Shown piece after piece: positions 1 to 9,991 of a DNA stretch of 64,000 bases. The stretch covers positions 448,001 to 512,000 of the forward strand of contig CAVRAG010000008.1 of assembly GCA_963718895.1 (NCBI GenBank), in the 5' to 3' direction. Position 1 is the first letter of the stretch; every line of letters starts with the position of its first letter. The stretch is from an uncultured Nitrososphaerota archaeon (GTDB lineage: Archaea; Thermoproteota; Nitrososphaeria; Nitrososphaerales; Gagatemarchaeaceae). The notes beneath the pieces were generated by a model, which did not search any database, was not told where the DNA came from, and saw only the letters and a list, made by a program, of their open reading frames with translations. The position numbers and the translations under genes are program-made.

Positions 1-491
1 CTGCCCACGCTGTGGACCTCTGCCCCGAGGAGGCGCATCCGGAAGACATTGAGCTTCTGTCGCTCGATATCCTCCGACCCCATGTAGACCTCGGACTTGA
101 GCCCCAGGACGGCACACGCCATTGCCGTGGCGACGCCGTGCTGCCCGGCCCCCGTCTCTGCGATGACCCTGGGCTTCCCCATCCTCTTTGCGAGGAGTGC
201 CTGCCCGAGAGTGTTGTTGATTTTGTGAGCGCCGCTGTGGAGGAGGTCCTCACGCTTGAGGTAGATTTTCGCCCCTCCAGCGAGCTTGGTGAGGTTCTTC
301 GCGAGGTAGAGAGGTGTGGGCCTCCCGGCGTAGTCGGAGAGCAGGCCAGCGAGCTCGGCCTTGAAACCTGGGTCGTTTCTCAGCGAGAGGTACTCGCGCT
401 CCAGCTCCTTCACGGCCGGCACCAGCGTCTCGGGGATGAACTGGCCCCCGTAGCTCCCGAACCGACCATTTCTTGGATAATCCTTGCTCAT
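1..491 (-). CDS. trpB: Tryptophan synthase beta chain, 5' part (runs off window)
   Basis: Manual translation [23 protein letters not shown]...[12 protein letters not shown]; ATG at 491 overlaps trpF stop (ATGA). Confidence 0.93.
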   Translation of the reverse strand, partial: MSKDYPRNGRFGSYGGQFIPETLVPAVKELEREYLSLRNDPGFKAELAGLLSDYAGRPTPLYLAKNLTKLAGGAKIYLKREDLLHSGAHKINNTLGQALLAKRMGKPRVIAETGAGQHGVATAMACAVLGLKSEVYMGSEDIERQKLNVFRMRLLGAEVHSVG

Positions 492-1129
492 CCTAAGTCC
501 GCCTCCTTCGCTCTGCGGATGAAATCCGCAACCCTTCCGTGGTCCTTCACCCCCGGCGATCTCTCGACCCCGGACGAGACATCGACCGCGTACGGCCTGA
601 CGGTCGCGACCGCCTCCGCGACGTTCTCCGGTCTGAGACCGCCGGAGAGCACGAGTGGCACCGGGAGTATCCCGTCCCTGATGCGACGGCAGAGGCCCCA
701 GTCAGATGCGGAGCCTGAGCCGCCCTGCATCCCTGGTACGAACGTGTCGGTGAGGAGCGCGTCGAACCCCTCGGCCTCGGCCTTTGCTAGCAAGACGTCG
801 TCAGACCTGAGGATGTACGGCCGGATGACGCGGACGCCCAGGGCCTTGCGGACGTGGTCCGGGTCGAGGTCGTCGCCGTAGAGCTGTACGGTATCGATCC
901 GCGTCTCCTTCAGCCCGGACCCCCAGCCTTCCAACGCCTCGCTCGTCGTTACGAGCACCGCTGAGACGAACGGAGGGACGACCTCCGCGAGCTCCGCGGC
1001 CCTTTGAAGCGAGATGTTCCTCGGCGAGGCGGGGAATCCGCTGATGAAACCCACGGCGTCGGCGCCCGCGGCGACGGCGGACGCGACGTCAGACTCGCGC
1101 GTGTTCCCGCATATCTTGACCCTTACCAC
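488..1129 (-). CDS. trpF: Phosphoribosylanthranilate isomerase
   Basis: [33 protein letters not shown] motifs; trp operon context. Confidence 0.95.
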   Translation of the reverse strand: MVRVKICGNTRESDVASAVAAGADAVGFISGFPASPRNISLQRAAELAEVVPPFVSAVLVTTSEALEGWGSGLKETRIDTVQLYGDDLDPDHVRKALGVRVIRPYILRSDDVLLAKAEAEGFDALLTDTFVPGMQGGSGSASDWGLCRRIRDGILPVPLVLSGGLRPENVAEAVATVRPYAVDVSSGVERSPGVKDHGRVADFIRRAKEADLG

Positions 1130-1915
1130 CTAGAGGGCACCAACCAGTCCGCGGACGGCTCCCTCAATGTCGCCCGACTTCATGAGGGCTGAGCCCACCA
1201 GAAACCCGTCTGCTCCCATCGAGCGCAGCTCGGAGAGCTCAGAGGCCTTGGAGAAGCCGCTCTCGCAGATCACCGTCTTCGAGTGGGCATGGTTCCTGAG
1301 CAGCTCGCGCGATGTCTCGAGAGAGACCGCAAGAGTCTTCAGGTTCCTATTGTTTATTCCGACGATATCGGCCCGGCTCTGGAGAGATTCGAGATACTCC
1401 GCCTCCGTGTGGGCCTCGAGGAGCACCTCGAGACCTCTGCCATGCGCCGTCTCTATCATCTCAGCCAGGCCGAAGTTGGAGAGTCTCGCCCGGTAGATGA
1501 CGTCCATGAGGAGGACTGCATCCGCCCCTATCTTCGCAGCGGCGTCTATCTGTACGGGGTCGATGACGATATCCTTCATCAGGACCGGGAGGTCCACGCT
1601 CCTCTTGACAGCGGTGAGAAACTCGAGCCTACCGTCGAAGTGCTTGGGTTCTGTTAGCACCGAGATGCCCGCGGCGCCACCCCGCTGGTACTTCTGCGCG
1701 ATTTCGCGGACGTCTGAGCTCTTCTTGAGCTGTCCCTCGGAGGGCGAGCGGAACTTCACCTCCGTGATCAGCGGGATTCCGTGGGCTGCTGCGAGCGAGC
1801 CGCGGAGGCTCCTGCGCGGGAGGCCCGCGTCCTTCACGATGTAGTATCCTTCCGAGATGGTCTTCCGAGCCGACTCGGCCAGGGTGCCGATGAAATCGTC
1901 GTTCGCTCTCAGCAT
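1130..1915 (-). CDS. trpC: Indole-3-glycerol phosphate synthase
   Basis: EVKFRSPSEG, ISVLTEP..F.G, PVLMKD, GINNRNL, ESG, GFLVGSALM. Confidence 0.95.
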   Translation of the reverse strand: MLRANDDFIGTLAESARKTISEGYYIVKDAGLPRRSLRGSLAAAHGIPLITEVKFRSPSEGQLKKSSDVREIAQKYQRGGAAGISVLTEPKHFDGRLEFLTAVKRSVDLPVLMKDIVIDPVQIDAAAKIGADAVLLMDVIYRARLSNFGLAEMIETAHGRGLEVLLEAHTEAEYLESLQSRADIVGINNRNLKTLAVSLETSRELLRNHAHSKTVICESGFSKASELSELRSMGADGFLVGSALMKSGDIEGAVRGLVGAL

Positions 1916-1919
1916 GGTC

Positions 1920-2958
1920 CTAGGACCTCCTCAATTCACCGCCGCTGAACCTAATCAATCCTTCGAGCTTCTTGTAGGCGGCGCCGCTCTCGACCGAGAG
2001 GCGGGCGGCGGAGAGCGCACTCGGGAAGTCGTCCGCCATGCCGGAGACGACTATCGCTGCGGCAGAGTTCACAAGGACAAGATCCCTCCTCCCGGAGGAG
2101 GTCTCTGACCCGTCGAGTATCCGCAAGGCGGCCTCGGCGCTCTCTTCGAGCGAGGTGACGGTCATCGTCTCGGCCGGATATGAAGGCACTCCGAGGTCCT
2201 TTGGGGAGTACTCGTGCTCGGTTATCCTTCCTCCCTTCAACCATGCGATGTAGGACTTGCCGGCGACCGAGATCTCATCCATCCCCTCGGCGGCATGGAT
2301 TACCATCGCTTCCGTGCTGCCCAGCTTCTCCAGCGCGCGGGCGACCTTGAGCGCGAGCGGCTGGGAGTACACCCCGATGACCTGGGAATCGGCGCCGGCC
2401 GGGTTCATGAGCGGCCCCATCAGGTTGAAGATCGTCCTTATCCCGAGCTCGGCCCTTACCGGGGCAACCTGCTTCATTGCTGGGTGGAACGAAGGGGCGA
2501 ACATGAAGCCGATGCCAAGCTGCTCGATCGACTCCTTCACCCGATCGGGACTCATCGCCAGGTTGAACCCCAGCCGCTCGAGGAGGTCGGCGCTTCCGCA
2601 CTTGCTCGTCACCGACCGGTTCCCGTGCTTCGCTACCGTGACGCCCGCCCCGGCCGCTACCACGGCCGCGACCGTGCTGACGTTGAACGTCTTGACAGCT
2701 GTCCCCGCCCGTACCGCAGGTATCCACGAGCCGTCCGCTCGACCTTCGGCCTGAATCTTGACCCCGTATCCCCTGAAGGTCGAGGCAAAGGCGGCAAGCT
2801 CGTCCGGGCTCTCACCCTTGCCCCTGAGCGCGACCAGGAATCCGGAGATCTAGCGTCGGGGATGCCTTTCCGGAGATTATCTCCTCTAGGACTCCGCCGA
2901 CCTCAAGGGGGGAGAGGTCACGTCCCTCGACCAGGCCCGCGATTGCCTGTTGGATCAA
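1920..2958 (-). pseudogene. trpD: Anthranilate phosphoribosyltransferase, frameshifted in the 5' third (real lesion or sequencing error)
   Basis: TTG start at 2958 overlaps trpG stop. Segments LIQQAIAGLVEGRDLS, ISGFLVALRGKGES, VDTCGTGGD and KTFNVST...AKHGNRS lie in different frames; 1920-2663 is intact. Confidence 0.88.
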
Positions 2959-3545
2959 TGCTGAACCCCGCTCCTTAGGAAGTTCGCTACTATCTTCTTG
3001 CCTTCCGGGGTCATTATGGACTCCGGGTGGTACTGGACGCCCTCGATAGGGTACTCGACGTGGCGGACGCCCATTATCTCGGCGTCTTCCATGGAGAGCG
3101 CGGTCACCTTCAGGCAGTCCGGGATGTCATCCTTCTCGATCGCCAGGGAGTGGTAGCGGGTGGCCTGGAACGGGTTCCCGACGCCTTCGAGGACCCCCTT
3201 GCCGTCGTGGACGATCATGCTCGTCTTGCCGTGCATCAGCCGGGACGCGCGCACGACCTTCCCTCCGAAGACGGCGCCGATCCCCTGGTGGCCCAGGCAG
3301 ACGCCCAGCGTCGGAATCTCCCTGCTCATCGTCTTGAGGACGGCCGTGCAGACCCCGAAGTAGTGCTCGTCCTCCGGGTTCCCGGGGCCCGGAGAGATGA
3401 TTATCCTGTCGGGTTCCAGACCCTGAGCCTGCTTGAGGGTGAGCTTGTCGTTCCTGAAGACCTGGGGGTGGGCTCCGAGCTCGCCCACATACTGTGCCAG
3501 GTTGTAGACGAACGAGTCGTAGTTGTCGATGATGAGGACCTTCAT
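2955..3545 (-). CDS. trpG: Anthranilate synthase component II (glutamine amidotransferase)
   Basis: MKVLIIDNYDSFVYNL, ISPGPG, LGVCLGHQ, RYHSL, GVQYHPES; start at ATG 3545. Confidence 0.95.
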   Translation of the reverse strand: MKVLIIDNYDSFVYNLAQYVGELGAHPQVFRNDKLTLKQAQGLEPDRIIISPGPGNPEDEHYFGVCTAVLKTMSREIPTLGVCLGHQGIGAVFGGKVVRASRLMHGKTSMIVHDGKGVLEGVGNPFQATRYHSLAIEKDDIPDCLKVTALSMEDAEIMGVRHVEYPIEGVQYHPESIMTPEGKKIVANFLRSGVQH

Positions 3546-4915
3546 CTCTTGCCACCCGATGCCTCGACGGCCCGGAAGAGCCCCGCCGCCTTGTTCTCGG
3601 TCTCCTCCCACTCCTTCGAAGGGACAGAGTCGGCGACCACGCCCCCACCCGCCTGGATGCTGCAGCGTTTCCCGTTCGCGAAGAGCGTGCGTATGGTGAT
3701 GGCGAAGTCGGCGTTCCCGTTGAAGGAGAAGTACCCTATCGCCCCGCCGTAGGGGCCCCTCCGCGTGGGCTCCAGCTCCTCGATTATCTCCATGGCTCTC
3801 GGCTTGGGAGCGCCGGAGAGCGTCCCTGCGGGGAAGAGGGCGCGTATCCCGTCGAAAGAGTCGAACTCGTCCCTGAGGTCGCCCACCACCCTCGAGACGA
3901 TGTGCTGGACGTGGCTGTACTGCTGGATGGTGAGGAACTCGGGGACCTTGACGCTCCCATACTTCGCCACCCGGCCGACGTCGTTCCTCCCGAGGTCGAC
4001 GAGCATGACGTGCTCTGCCCTCTCCTTGGGGTCGGCCAGCAGCTCCTTGGTCAGCCGGTCGTTCTCCTTCTGGTCAGGGACCCGGGGCGCCGTCCCGGCG
4101 ATGGGAAATGTCTCGATCCGCCTGTCCTCCACCCTCAGCAGCATCTCTGGGCTGGAGCCGACTATGCGCCGGTCCCCGAACTTCAGGAAGTACATGTAGG
4201 GGGAGGGGTTGATTCGGCTGAGCTCCGAGTAGAACCTCGCAAGGTCGCCGGTGGCCTCGAAGTCCTGCCGCTTCGATGGGACGACCTGGAAGATGTCGCC
4301 GGCGGCGATGTACTCCTTCGCCCTCTCGACCATCTTCTCGTACCGCCCTTGGTCGATGTTCGGCTTCCTCGGCCCGTGGTCGAGAGAGCCCATCTCCGCC
4401 CTCCGCCTCAGCAGCCGATCCACCAGCCCCGACCGGTCCTCGCCGAGGGAGCAGTAGCCGACTTCTCCGTTCGCGTGGTCGAAGGCTATTCCGTCGGTGT
4501 AGATGCCGAACTCCATGTCAGGGGCTGCGAGGTCGTCCTTCGCGGTGCTCGGGAGCCTCTCCCAGTAGCGGACCGAGTCGTAGGAGATGTAGCCCACAGC
4601 GCCGCCTATGAACCGGTATGGACCCCTTCCTCTCGTCGAGCCCACCAGGGCGCGCAGGTTCTCGAGCGGGTCGGCGGTCCGCACACGCTCGCGTCTTCCG
4701 CTGACCCTGTCGGTAACCTCGAGTTCGCCGTTCTTGACACGGAAGAGGGCCGCCGGCTCGAATCCGATGAAGGAGTACTCGGCGAGCCTGCTCGCCCCCT
4801 TGGCAGACTCGAGGAGGAACGCCTCTTCGTATTCTTGCTGGACCTTCAGGAAGAGTTGCTGGGGTGTGTCGGAGACCTTGAGCTTACTCGTCTTGAGACG
4901 AAGAAGTCTGGACCG
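3542..4915 (-). CDS. trpE: Anthranilate synthase component I (start codon unresolved)
   Basis: AFLLES...YSFIG upstream of the called ORF, GDIFQVV, NPSPYM, KERAEHVMLVDLGRND, FPAGTLSGAPK; frame open to 4915. Confidence 0.92.
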   Translation of the reverse strand, partial: RSRLLRLKTSKLKVSDTPQQLFLKVQQEYEEAFLLESAKGASRLAEYSFIGFEPAALFRVKNGELEVTDRVSGRRERVRTADPLENLRALVGSTRGRGPYRFIGGAVGYISYDSVRYWERLPSTAKDDLAAPDMEFGIYTDGIAFDHANGEVGYCSLGEDRSGLVDRLLRRRAEMGSLDHGPRKPNIDQGRYEKMVERAKEYIAAGDIFQVVPSKRQDFEATGDLARFYSELSRINPSPYMYFLKFGDRRIVGSSPEMLLRVEDRRIETFPIAGTAPRVPDQKENDRLTKELLADPKERAEHVMLVDLGRNDVGRVAKYGSVKVPEFLTIQQYSHVQHIVSRVVGDLRDEFDSFDGIRALFPAGTLSGAPKPRAMEIIEELEPTRRGPYGGAIGYFSFNGNADFAITIRTLFANGKRCSIQAGGGVVADSVPSKEWEETENKAAGLFRAVEASGGKR

Positions 4916-5198
4916 CTAGCGCAGCGCCAAAGATAGCCACCCAAGTTGTTCGCCGGATGCCGTCTGGATAGCCGCTTAATATGTATGTTGTCTGGCGTAC
5001 AATAACGCACTGATATGCGCGGTCTCCTCGCGCATATTCTGGCAATTCTTACTATTCATAGGGTGAACGGTGAATGTTGACTCGGGCCTCTGTCTCGTTA
5101 TTGGGTGATTTGAAGCGGTGTCCCGCGTTGGGTGATAGTTCAAGCTGACCGTGAACTCGGTGGCGCCCTTTTTCCACTTTGGCACGGGCCACACCAAT

Positions 5199-5579
5199 TT
5201 ACGGGTCTTCGAGAGTGAATGATTGAGCTTTTCCGTCTGCATACATCTTGAAATTGTTAAGGATGTCCAATCCAATAAGAAGATAGTCACGATCTGTTGC
5301 CACCACTCTCCTAGGCCATTCGATGCCTTCAAATTTGATGCGGGCGTAGAATGTTTGCCTCTTGGCTGCGGGACCATTGAATCCGCCCAATTCCTTCTCA
5401 CCGCCCGGTAGAAGCCCAAGCCTCTTTACAATCGAATTAGGGACAGTCGTAATATCCGCGCCGGTATCTATCTTTGCTCTGGCATATTGATGCGACGAAT
5501 TGAGAGGATGGATTACATCCACATCTCGCATCAATCGGGGTAGGCTCTTGCTCGTGTCGTAACGGTATTGCTGGCTCAT
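5199..5579 (-). CDS. Retropepsin-like (clan AA) aspartyl protease
   Basis: IDTGADIT catalytic motif and C-terminal LIGLDIL motif, 126 aa. Confidence 0.8.
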   Translation of the reverse strand: MSQQYRYDTSKSLPRLMRDVDVIHPLNSSHQYARAKIDTGADITTVPNSIVKRLGLLPGGEKELGGFNGPAAKRQTFYARIKFEGIEWPRRVVATDRDYLLIGLDILNNFKMYADGKAQSFTLEDP

Positions 5580-6067
5580 ATGAGTTCAGGGGATGGTATT
5601 TCGAGAACCTCTTCTTCGGATTCTATTTTCTCGACATATATTGGAACATAGCCATATTTCCCGTATACCCTCCATGCCAAGATATTCTCGTCCGCGTCTG
5701 AATCGACAACTGTGCCGCCTACCACAGCAACGAATTTGCCGACGAAGTCAGGGTCACGAACAAGCCCGCCTTTCATTTGAAAGAATGCTGTCTTCTCTCT
5801 TTCGAATACTTGCTCTGGCGCGGGAGTGAGGTGGCGCGGATGATATCTTGTATGTTTCAACTCATACAATATGATTGGCTCGAATCGAGCGAGGTCAATG
5901 TCGCCCGTTGTCTCGGATTGCCATTTCTTCGATGCCACATCTTTCACTACGGCTTCGACAGTCCGATTCCTTCTTTCGAGCTTACTTGTTGGGTAGTTAG
6001 TCTTCCGCGTAGGGTTTGCCTTTGAAGGAGGCGGTGAATAACTTAGAATAGTTCGCGGTTCCAACAA
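5576..6067 (-). CDS. DUF5678-like protein
   Basis: C-terminal GKFVAVVGGTVVDSDAD...VYGKYGYVPIYVEKI; 4-nt overlap with the protease gene. Confidence 0.65.
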   Translation of the reverse strand: MLEPRTILSYSPPPSKANPTRKTNYPTSKLERRNRTVEAVVKDVASKKWQSETTGDIDLARFEPIILYELKHTRYHPRHLTPAPEQVFEREKTAFFQMKGGLVRDPDFVGKFVAVVGGTVVDSDADENILAWRVYGKYGYVPIYVEKIESEEEVLEIPSPELI

Positions 6068-6745
6068 TCAACCCTCTGGTACGAACAATTCCGAGCGTAA
6101 GTCTTTCTTAAGTATTCTGGTGCTCTCTTTTGCCGAGTCAACCGCCTGTCTGACAGCCAGAGCGATTTCTTCAACTTGAGTTATCGGAACAGCGATGTCT
6201 ACCGTTTTTCCTTCGTCGTCCTTCTCAAGGAGGAGACGAAGTCTCATGACGGGGATTAATGCTCGACGTCCTTCGGCCTCACCTGTGACCCTGTAGATCA
6301 TTGATGAGCCAAGACCCTGGATGTGGAAATAGTCATCAACCGTACCAGACGCAAAATAGAGAATTTCCCCCAAAAGCTTTGTTTTCTCATCAACGTCTGA
6401 CAACATCTTGACAAATGTCTCAACCTTGCTCTTGTCACACCCCGCCTCTACAAGGTCAGTTCCGATTGATTCCAGGGATGGCATGTGCTCAAGATTCATG
6501 TGAATTGTGTGAAGAAAGAAGGAATAAAGATTATAGGCCTCCGCGACTTCAATGTTGAGCTTCTTCGCGACTTTGCCCGATGTGAAGGTTTCAGGAGAAA
6601 CTCTTAGCTGGTCGAAAAAGAACTTGATATCTTCGTCAGAAAGCTGGAAGAAGGCAATTGCATCAGCCTTCACGGACTCGGCCGTTTCCTCGTCAGTATC
6701 CTCTGAAGGTTTGAAGAGGTTGGTGGTCAACGACCTATACCTCAT
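6068..6745 (-). CDS. Hypothetical protein, possible COMMD-like fold
   Basis: 225-aa ORF abutting the next gene; helical N-terminus, then three predicted beta strands and a long helix. Confidence 0.55.
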   Translation of the reverse strand: MRYRSLTTNLFKPSEDTDEETAESVKADAIAFFQLSDEDIKFFFDQLRVSPETFTSGKVAKKLNIEVAEAYNLYSFFLHTIHMNLEHMPSLESIGTDLVEAGCDKSKVETFVKMLSDVDEKTKLLGEILYFASGTVDDYFHIQGLGSSMIYRVTGEAEGRRALIPVMRLRLLLEKDDEGKTVDIAVPITQVEEIALAVRQAVDSAKESTRILKKDLRSELFVPEG

Positions 6746-6861
6746 CTGGCTACTTAAGCGGCAATAAAAGAGTTCTATACCTGATATCTACAGGAAGGAG
6801 GTACCCAATCCTAAGGCAATTCAGGTCCAGCTCGGCGTGTCCCTCAATCGTTTAGAACCAT

Positions 6862-9513
6862 CTAGAGAATTTCTTTCTGGGACGACTTGGGTAAGTAACT
6901 TGGACCGGACAGAGATTGCGTTTGATGCGTCCGCCCTCGTGTTCTCATTCCGTAGAGGACAGCCACAGCCGCGACCGCGATGATGACGCCCAGCAGTCCT
7001 CCGATGGTCACCAGATTGTATGAGAAGGTTGCTTCTGTCGTCGTAGGTGCATCGACGGCGATCACTGTCGTCGGGATGGTACCGGTTTGTGAGGCGGCCC
7101 ACCCTCCGAAAGAGTAGAGGAGGGAGGATGGATTGGCGACGAGGGTGACGCTTGTGCCCGGCGGAACGTAGAGGACCCGCTGACCCGGCGAGGCCTGTCC
7201 CAAGGTTGAACCATAACTGTATGTCACGGAACCGCCCGACTCTACGCTCAGGTCGAGGCCCGGATAGAACACAGCCGTCTCGTTTATCGGCGCCTTGACC
7301 TCGAGGCTGGTGGCTGTTGCCTCTCCGGAGTACGATCCCGGTCCGCTTCCAACCCAGGTACCGAGAGTCCAGCCAGGGGAGGGTGAGGCAACAAGTCTCA
7401 GAGTGCTCGCCGCGTCGCACCACTGACCATCCGGTGAAACCGACCCTCCGCCCGTCTGCGCGCTCTCGACATCCACGTAATACTGGTGCTGGTACTCAGC
7501 GGCGTCTGTTACGGCCGATCGGACTACCAGGGAGAGGGTCGCGTTGGTCGCCCACCTCTCGGAGCCGCTTGAAGGGAGCAAGGATGCGGGGAGATTCAGG
7601 ACGGACCCGGAGTCCAGCCATGAGGACGAAGGCGAGGACGTCAATGCGTCCGAGGTCGTCCTTCCAAGCGCCGTCTCGTTGACGACCGGCGCGCTGGGCG
7701 AGCCTCCACCAACGATTGAGTAGCTGAGCGTCACCAGGAACTGGTGGAAGTACTCAGGGTCGACCGTCCCGCCCGGTGAAGATTGCCCGGACGTGCCGGA
7801 GATAGAGTCCCACTTTTCTGTCGAGGTCGACCCTGTCAGCGGGTTGGCAGTCACAGACCACGTCGTGCCGTAGTCGAGCCAGACCGCTGTCGGAGTCGTC
7901 GTCATCGGGTAGGTTGCCGAGGAAGAGCCGACGCTAGAGTAGTCGAGAGTCGGAGACGAGTATCCCGAGCCACTGTCCGATATCGAGTAGGAGACGCTCT
8001 CGATGACTTGCTTGTAGTAGTCGACGCTCACCGCAGATGCGGAGCTGATCGTGGCCGCGGACGAGGAACCGGCTGCGTTCTGCCACCGCGTGTGTGCTGG
8101 TGCGCTGCCCAGGAATTGGGCTAAGGTCAGGAACTGGGGGAAGGTCATCGAACCGCCGCTGTCGACCCAGGCCTGGCAGCTGGCCGTCGCTGCCGAGGTC
8201 GTGGTTATGGTGCAGAGCGAGACGCCCGCTGTCCCGAACTGGGTGCCCCTCAGGACGAGCGTAGTGCCTGAATCGAAGGCGGTCTGCGCCTCGGCAGCGG
8301 TCTGGAGAGTCGGCTGGTACTGGTTGTAGTAGACGTAAGCGACTGTCTGCGGTACCGACGCCGTCCCCGAGGCGATCTGATTAGTCTCCCATCTCTCGCT
8401 CGAGCTGCTGCCGCCGAGCGTGGGCTGGACCGACCAGCTACTACCCGGGTCGCAATTGAAGGTCGACGGCGATGAGCCGAGGGTTGCAGTCTTTGTCACA
8501 CCACCGGTGACGTAAGTCAGGACCGGCGGCGAGTAGCCAGTGCCACCTCCCTGGACGGAATAGCTCACGGTCAGAGAAACTTGGCTCAACGCGCCTGTTA
8601 TGAACTCGTACGCGTCGCTGTACTCTGTGGCGCCGTTCGATGAGAACGTCTGCAATTGTGTTGGGTTGGCATACGAGAGTGGGGTTTGCGTATAAGAGGA
8701 AAACAGGAGAGTCCTGGTAGTACAGGACAAATCGGAACACTCGAACTCGTCGATCCATGCAATTGCCGAGGTCAGCGCGAATGTCTTGTCGGTGTAGACC
8801 ACTTCCTTTTCGTTATCGTAGTAAGCGGTAGGATGATACCATTCGGTCATCAATCCGGTGAAGAAGCCGTTGGAGCTTGAGGTTGATGAGAGGCCAACAA
8901 AGTTCGTGGCGGCTTCCGCACTATACGTGACAGAAGCCTGTGCGTTCGTCTCCAAATCCCTGGAAAGCATGATCACGTTTCCGCTCGAGAAGTACAGGCT
9001 CAGGGAGACCGTGTCGCCAGGATTGATTGAGCCAGAATACTTCATGAGACCGCCGCCTCCGCTCGCGGGGAGGACGATATTGCCACTCGAGTCGAAGACA
9101 TTGTAGCCCATGTTGAACCCTGTAATGTAACCAATTCCTGAAGAATTACCCTCCCAATTGTAAGCTAGGCCGACCTGGTACCAGTATCCTTTGTCGGACA
9201 GTCCGTTCAGCAGATAATCGGGTCCGTATCCTGAGCTGGCGTCCTGCTGCTCAACTGCCGTCACGTTGTAGTTTAGAGACGTGAAGGACTGTGTGAATGT
9301 AATGCCGAGTTGCTCATCGTCGCTGTATGGAGCGCTGCTAGGCGTTTCGGTCGCTGGCGGGATGACAAACTTACCACTTGGTTCAACTGGCTTGCACGCG
9401 CTACAGACCTGCGTGGACGGTCCGCTGATGTGCACCGACTGTCCATGAGCGCTGGTAAGAGCTGGCGCGAGCATGAAGAGGACGAGTAACAGCAGGACGT
9501 AGCTTCTCGACAA
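6862..9513 (-). CDS. Large secreted, membrane-anchored surface protein with repeated Ig-like units; possible glutamic-peptidase-like N-terminal domain
   Basis: Signal peptide, Ser/Thr/Gly-rich, repeated SYS..GGG..P / ERW / YY.QY units, C-terminal TM plus basic tail. Confidence 0.75.
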   Translation of the reverse strand: MSRSYVLLLLVLFMLAPALTSAHGQSVHISGPSTQVCSACKPVEPSGKFVIPPATETPSSAPYSDDEQLGITFTQSFTSLNYNVTAVEQQDASSGYGPDYLLNGLSDKGYWYQVGLAYNWEGNSSGIGYITGFNMGYNVFDSSGNIVLPASGGGGLMKYSGSINPGDTVSLSLYFSSGNVIMLSRDLETNAQASVTYSAEAATNFVGLSSTSSSNGFFTGLMTEWYHPTAYYDNEKEVVYTDKTFALTSAIAWIDEFECSDLSCTTRTLLFSSYTQTPLSYANPTQLQTFSSNGATEYSDAYEFITGALSQVSLTVSYSVQGGGTGYSPPVLTYVTGGVTKTATLGSSPSTFNCDPGSSWSVQPTLGGSSSSERWETNQIASGTASVPQTVAYVYYNQYQPTLQTAAEAQTAFDSGTTLVLRGTQFGTAGVSLCTITTTSAATASCQAWVDSGGSMTFPQFLTLAQFLGSAPAHTRWQNAAGSSSAATISSASAVSVDYYKQVIESVSYSISDSGSGYSSPTLDYSSVGSSSATYPMTTTPTAVWLDYGTTWSVTANPLTGSTSTEKWDSISGTSGQSSPGGTVDPEYFHQFLVTLSYSIVGGGSPSAPVVNETALGRTTSDALTSSPSSSWLDSGSVLNLPASLLPSSGSERWATNATLSLVVRSAVTDAAEYQHQYYVDVESAQTGGGSVSPDGQWCDAASTLRLVASPSPGWTLGTWVGSGPGSYSGEATATSLEVKAPINETAVFYPGLDLSVESGGSVTYSYGSTLGQASPGQRVLYVPPGTSVTLVANPSSLLYSFGGWAASQTGTIPTTVIAVDAPTTTEATFSYNLVTIGGLLGVIIAVAAVAVLYGMRTRGRTHQTQSLSGPSYLPKSSQKEIL

Positions 9514-9991
9514 TTCATGCCCACATCAGGGCCAGACATGACAGGGCATTTACGTCCTTGTTATGCCGACCCCCTATCGCGGAGCCATTCGCCGGCCCTC
9601 TCACCTTTCGTTGGTGGTCAAGATCCGGGAACACCTCGGCGCGGTCTTCCTGCGACGCGCGAGGATTACGTCGCCCGTTATATGGCCTGAAAGGCGGCTG
9701 CGCTTGCAAATGCCAAACGCTCCCGATTACCTTGTCGTCCCTGGCCCGCAATCTCGGACCAAAGTCATCCGTCACTCTTGCCGCTTACGCTAAGGTTCTG
9801 TTAACTCAGGTATGGAGTCAGTTACAAGATAACGACCGCCGATTCTTCGGTGATGATTGGGTTCTAGACGCACTGAACTTTGCACCCCTGTTCAGACTCT
9901 AAGGAGCCTCATGGTGAGACGGGCCATTGGACAGGGTGAGTACGAAAGGAATAGTCATCCTTGCTGTTCTTGGATGGAACCGCTTGCACTG

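Noticed and set aside
4916-4930. In-frame TAG near the trpE start (and in the receiver pseudogene) as possible pyrrolysine or readthrough
   Set aside because: TAG is used as a normal stop in many genes here, no pyl genes are visible, and nearby indels suggest errors or decay.
12-4936. Long + strand ORFs over the trp operon (e.g. 12-881, 3902-4936)
   Set aside because: Antisense shadow ORFs typical of high-GC coding DNA; the minus-strand trp genes explain the region.
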